This document shows positions 59,871 to 64,000 of a DNA stretch of 64,000 nt, one piece after another. The notes under the pieces are model-generated. The model ran no database searches. It was not told where the DNA came from and saw only the letters and a list, made by a program, of their open reading frames with translations. The DNA is taken from NCBI GenBank assembly GCA_964016885.1, contig OZ024744.1, positions 116,126,001 through 116,190,000 of the forward strand. The letters are read 5' to 3'. The position numbers and the translations under genes are program-made. This DNA is from Eledone cirrhosa. Lineage: Eukaryota. Each line of letters opens with the position of its first letter. Position 1 is the stretch's first letter.

Positions 59871-60245
59871 GTAAATTTGTACTGTTAAAACACGAAACTA
59901 ACATTCGATCGACACTTTGATTACCTGTACAGGCAATAGTTATTAGAATGCTGTTGAAGTGTGTATATATTTTTGGGGGACATCCTGTATATACACACAT
60001 TATATATAATACAATAAACAGATAAATACACACATATATATATGAGCTTATTTAATTATAAATATTGTGAATTTTTAACTCAGTTCAATTATATATATAA
60101 ATGGTTTCTACAGGACTAGAACTGTTTCATTCGAAAGAAATCATCATAATATTGAGAGGGGGGACTAGATAAAATATTTCAAATCAAATGTGTATAAGTT
60201 ATAAGTTAAAATGTATAAATAGAGACGATAGTGGAGGTATATCTG

Positions 60246-60322
60246 TTTAGTGGAACAGTAGACGATAGAATTAAATACAGACGATAATCTCCCTTTAATG
60301 AAACAGCAGACGATAGAATTAA
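60246..60322 (+). repeat. Short direct repeat, 2 x 29 bp, period 48
   Basis: TTTAGTGGAACAGTAGACGATAGAATTAA (60246-60274) vs TTTAATGAAACAGCAGACGATAGAATTAA (60294-60322), 26/29 identical. Confidence 0.85.
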
Positions 60323-60350
60323 GGCAATTTAAATTTTAAGCATTTGCATT

Positions 60351-60403
60351 TTTGCCTTTCATCGTTACGGGGTCGATAAAATAAAGTACCAGTAATACAC
60401 TGT
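60351..60403 (+). mobile_element. SINE central-domain fragment
   Basis: TTTGCCTTTCATCGTTACGGGGTCGATAAAATAAAGTACCAGT resembles, from recall, the conserved core of abundant octopus tRNA-derived SINEs. 24 bp are identical to 61306-61329. Confidence 0.65.
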
Positions 60404-60762
60404 CACTAGACGACTTTCAAATTGAATTGTTGGTTCCATTTCTTTAGTATTTTCAATTGTAGTTATCTACTTAAAAAGCGTTACACGGTTAGAGACATAA
60501 TTCGTAAGTTATATCTTCCCTATTAAACCATTGCATTATTTCGCCTACAATAGAACAAAAATGAAATGTTCTTTAAAGAAACAGGAATATAACTTTATAA
60601 AAAAAAAAGTTGCATCCGCTTCTTTTATCATTGATAATTTTTTCGTTTTAATATTAATTGTTTTTTGTAGTTGTTTATATTAAAAATCTTACTGTAATAT
60701 TTACTTAAACGAAGGCAAACATCTAAACTTATAGATTAATCTTGAGCGAAGGACTAGATAAA

Positions 60763-60771
60763 TCTCTCTCC

Positions 60772-60806
<35 letters not shown>
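60763..60806 (+). repeat. Compound (TC)~12(TA)10 microsatellite inside the insert
   Basis: TCTCTCTCCCTCTCTCTCTCTCTC followed by (TA)10. Confidence 0.92.
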
Positions 60807-61184
60807 AACGAAGAATGATAAAATTTCAAGCAAAGAGTTTAATTAGGTATATTTTGTAATATTATTAACTAATTATTATAATTAACGCGCATATTTTGCT
60901 ATCCTCAAACACGTTTACACATGGCATGAAATATAACTAATCCGAGATGGCTAGGTTTCATCTTCTAACTGGATATACGAAATCCATTATGTCTTGACAA
61001 CAACATGAGGTAACATTATGTTATTCACAGACACACTTTGTACACTGTTCCATATCAGAATGTATTTCCTTCGTCACATTCACAAACAGTATTGAAAATA
61101 TGTTCTTCGGCAAATAAAAATGTTTTGTTCATAATATTTCAACTAGCGATTGCTCTACTCCACGCACGACCACCATAAATTAAT

Positions 61185-61375
61185 GACCAGCTCAACACAA
61201 GTATTGGTAGAGCGTCAGACACCATGCTTTGCAGTATTGTTATGGTCCTTTGCATTCTAAGTTCAAATCCTGCCGAGGTTAACTTCGACTTTCATACTTA
61301 CTAATTCGATAAAATAAAGTACCAGTAATGGACTGCCGTAATGGATTTGTGCCGAAAAATAGAAACACTATTAAT
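61185..61375 (+). mobile_element. Degenerate tRNA-derived SINE (ends approximate)
   Basis: tRNA-like head (AGCTCA...TTGGTAGAGCGTCAGAC), Pol III B-box GTTCAAATCC at 61261-61270, then core CTTTCAT..TCGATAAAATAAAGTACCAGT and a TTGTGCC..AGAAAC tail. Confidence 0.68.
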
Positions 61376-61923
61376 GTGCAATAAGAGCAAAATATAACGA
61401 CATTGCTCAATTATTTTATCTAATGTTGTAATAACACAAGGAAATGTTGTTTGTGTATTTTTTTTTATATTTGCTCATAGGCTTTTACAATTTCGCTCAG
61501 CCAACAACTATTAAAAAGTGAGTTGCTTAAGATAACAATTTAATCACAAATTGTTGCTATCTTTTAATACACTCCAACAAGTCATCAAATTATGTACAAT
61601 AAAAACAAATCTTATTAATTTGCTCAGGGAATATAAAGAAAATGTATATACACTGATAATTGCAATTGTATGTAAATATTTTGTTTTTGTATTGTATATT
61701 TTATGTTTTCTATTATGTATAATATATTGATTTAATATTGATTGTTTTTTGTAGTTGTTTATATTAAAAGTCTGAAAATATTTTTATACATCTTACACTA
61801 ATATTTATAAGATAATTTATAATAACAATTACATAATCTAATTACATTACAACGATAATTTATTATTAATATATATCCTGTTTAACTAGAGTTATTACAA
61901 GCGTTGCCTTAAAAAAATATTAA

Positions 61924-62880
61924 ACTAGACATGAAAAATGCGCAAGCTCAAAAGTGCCACAGAATGTTATAATAAACCTTCAAAAGTGTGAGACTAGAGT
62001 TGTTGCTAAAAAATATTGTAATCATTATATATCGTACATTCTGTGGCATCCTTTATAAAAATAGCTTAAACCAACGAAGCCTTTATTTTTACGCTATTTC
62101 ACTTAGTTAATTCTTAGAGTGTAACATATAAAAATAAATACATCTATGTTTAATGTAATAACAGCTATAAATAATTACGTAATATTATTATCATATACTC
62201 ATAGTAACAAAATAATTGTGTTGAAACTTAATATGATGCTTATATGAACGATCAAATCTATAATGATAATTTCTTAAATATACTAATAGTAAAATAATTT
62301 AGTTATCTATTGTTACATTTTCATAGAACTATAATATTAACAATCGTATTGCATTATCAAATTTTTATCACTACAAACTTTCATATTGGAATTACCTTAA
62401 GCCACTTATTATTACTTCGCTTTCGTACTTTTACAGCTGTAGATATTGCGCTGTATCTTATATCTAATATCAATATCTCGTGGTAATTTGCATGAAGTGT
62501 AAAATAGGTTTATTAATAACTTTAATATGAAATGTATTATACAGGGCTGCGGAGTCGGCCAAAAATTGACTGGCTCCAACTCAGGATCCGATACTCCATT
62601 ATTTCCTAAATTTCAGCTCCGCAGCTCTGTTATTATATTAATTAATTTATTTTATAGTTGTAAATGATATTTTTATATGTTACACTCTAAGAATTAACTA
62701 AGTGAAATAGCGTAAAAATAAAGGCTTCGTTGGTTTAAGCTATTTTTATAAAGGATGCCACAGAATGTACGATATATAATGATTACAATATTTTTTAGCA
62801 ACAACTCTAGTCCCACACTTTTGAAGGTTTATTATAACATTCTGTGGCACTTTTGAGCTTGCGCATTTTTCATGTCTAGT
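61924..62880. repeat. Long inverted repeat (foldback): 213-bp arms 61924-62136 and 62668-62880, 531-bp spacer
   Basis: Manual reverse-complement comparison gives 212/213 identity, with a single mismatch at 61991 (GTGTGAGAC vs GTGTGGGAC). Confidence 0.96.
62542..62629. mobile_element. 88-bp hAT-like MITE
   Basis: TIRs CAGGGCTGCGGAG / CTCCGCAGCTCTG (12/13 complementary), flanked by 8-bp near-duplications GTATTATA (62534-62541) and TTATTATA (62630-62637). CAG ends with an 8-bp TSD are typical of hAT elements. Confidence 0.75.
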
Positions 62881-64000
62881 ATATAATGTCTCTCATATCT
62901 TGTCTCTCTCTCTATATATATATAATGTCACTCATATCTTGTCTCTCTCTCTATATATATAATGTCTCTCATATCTTGTTTCTCTCTCTATATATATATA
63001 ATGTCTCTCATATCTTGTCTCTCTCTCTATATATATAATGTCTCTCATATCTTGTCTCTCTCTCTCTATATATATATATAATGTCTCTCATGTCTTGTCT
63101 CTCTCTCTCTATATATATATAATGTCTCTCATATCTTGTCTCTCTCTCTATTTATATAATGTCTCTCATATCTTGTCTCTCTCTCTATATATATAATGTC
63201 TCTCATATCTTGTCTCTCTCTCTCTATATATATAATGTCTCTCATATCTTGTCTCTCTCTCTATATATAATGTCTCTCATATCTTGTCCCTCTCTCTCTA
63301 TATATATAATGTCTCTCATATCTTGTCTCTCTCTCTCTATATATAATGTCTCTCATATCTTGTCTCTCTCTCTATATATATATAATGTCTCTCATATCTT
63401 GTCTCTCTCTCTCTATATATATAATGTCACTCATATCTTGTCTCTCTCTATATATATATATAATGTCTCTCATATCTTGTCTCTCTCTCTATATATATAT
63501 AATGTCTCTCATATCTTGTCTCTCTCTCTATATATATAATGTCTCTCATATCTTGTCTCTCTCTCTATTTATATAATGTCTCTCATATCTTGTCTCTCTC
63601 TCTATATATATATATATAATGTCTCTCATATCTTGTCTCTCTCTCTATATATATAATGTCTCTCATATCATGTCTCTCTCTCTATATATAATGACTCTCA
63701 TATCTTGTCTCTCTCTCTATATATATAATGTCTCTCATATCTTGTCTCTCTCTCTCTATATATATAATGTCTCTCATATCTTGTCTCTCTCTCTATATAT
63801 AATGTCTATAATATCTTGTCTCTCTCTCTATATATATAATGTCTCTCATATCTTGTCTCTCTCTCTATATATATATAATGTCACTCATATCTTGTCTCTC
63901 TCTCTATATATATAATGTCTCTCATATCTTGTTTCTCTCTCTCTATATATATATATATAATGTCTCTCATATCTTGTCTCTCTCTCTCTATATATAATGT
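62880..64000 (+). repeat. Continuation of the same satellite array after the insertion, open at the right edge
   Basis: Same monomer, orientation and right-domain variants (AATGTCACTC, TATTTATAT, ATATCATG, TGTCTATAAT). Confidence 0.99.

Larger units (their letters stand above)
60647..61769 (+). repeat. Dispersed direct repeat, 2 x 39 bp (60647-60685 and 61731-61769)
   Basis: TTTAATATT(A/G)ATTGTTTTTTGTAGTTGTTTATATTAAAA, 38/39 identical. Confidence 0.9.
59357..62879 (+). mobile_element. Putative non-autonomous Helitron-like element (3,523 bp) inserted in the satellite
   Basis: Junctions are ...TCTATA|TCTGTTAG and CATGTCTAG|TATATAATG: 5'-TC, CTAG-3', insertion between A and T. Removing it restores a normal (TC)5(TA)5 37-bp monomer with no TSD. 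There is no Rep/helicase ORF, and the canonical short 3' GC hairpin is weak or absent. Confidence 0.72.

Noticed and set aside
59390-60033. ORFs 59390-59920, 59470-59751 and 59815-60033 in the insert
   Set aside because: They run through CT-rich and TA/TG low-complexity DNA with no HUH Rep, helicase, transposase or other recognisable motif.
61185-61280. Functional tRNA gene
   Set aside because: Only partial D-arm and T-arm similarity, no cloverleaf, and it is followed by a SINE core.
59355-62881. Tc1/mariner insertion with a TA target duplication
   Set aside because: There are no true terminal inverted repeats between the two ends, and homologous empty monomers have (TA)5, matching zero duplication. 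Not fully excluded because the site is a TA run.
1-64000. TATA box plus ATG in each monomer as promoters; telomeric repeat
   Set aside because: TATATAATG is an automatic product of the (TA)n-core junction, and no TTAGGG-type repeats are present.

Overview
Eukaryotic, non-coding window. About 94% is one same-orientation tandem satellite (1-59356 and 62880-64000) with a 35-43 bp monomer, AATGTCTCTCATATCTTG(TC)4-8(TA)3-8. Variant monomers organise it into nested higher-order duplications of about 0.75, 1.7, 2.0, 2.4, 3.1, 4.0, 6.4-6.8 and 9.2 kb. The array is interrupted once, by a 3,523-bp AT-rich insert (59357-62879). The insert starts with TC, ends with CTAG, sits between an A and a T, shows no target-site duplication and leaves the higher-order register intact. 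These are hallmarks of a non-autonomous Helitron-type (rolling-circle) insertion. Its architecture is unusual: a 19-bp perfect hairpin at the 5' end, a 213-bp near-perfect inverted duplication of its own 3' end, motifs shared between the two ends, two tRNA-type SINE relics and a nested 88-bp hAT-like MITE. The SINE relics resemble, from recall, those of octopus/cephalopods. No credible protein-coding gene is present; the ORF track is a by-product of the repeats.
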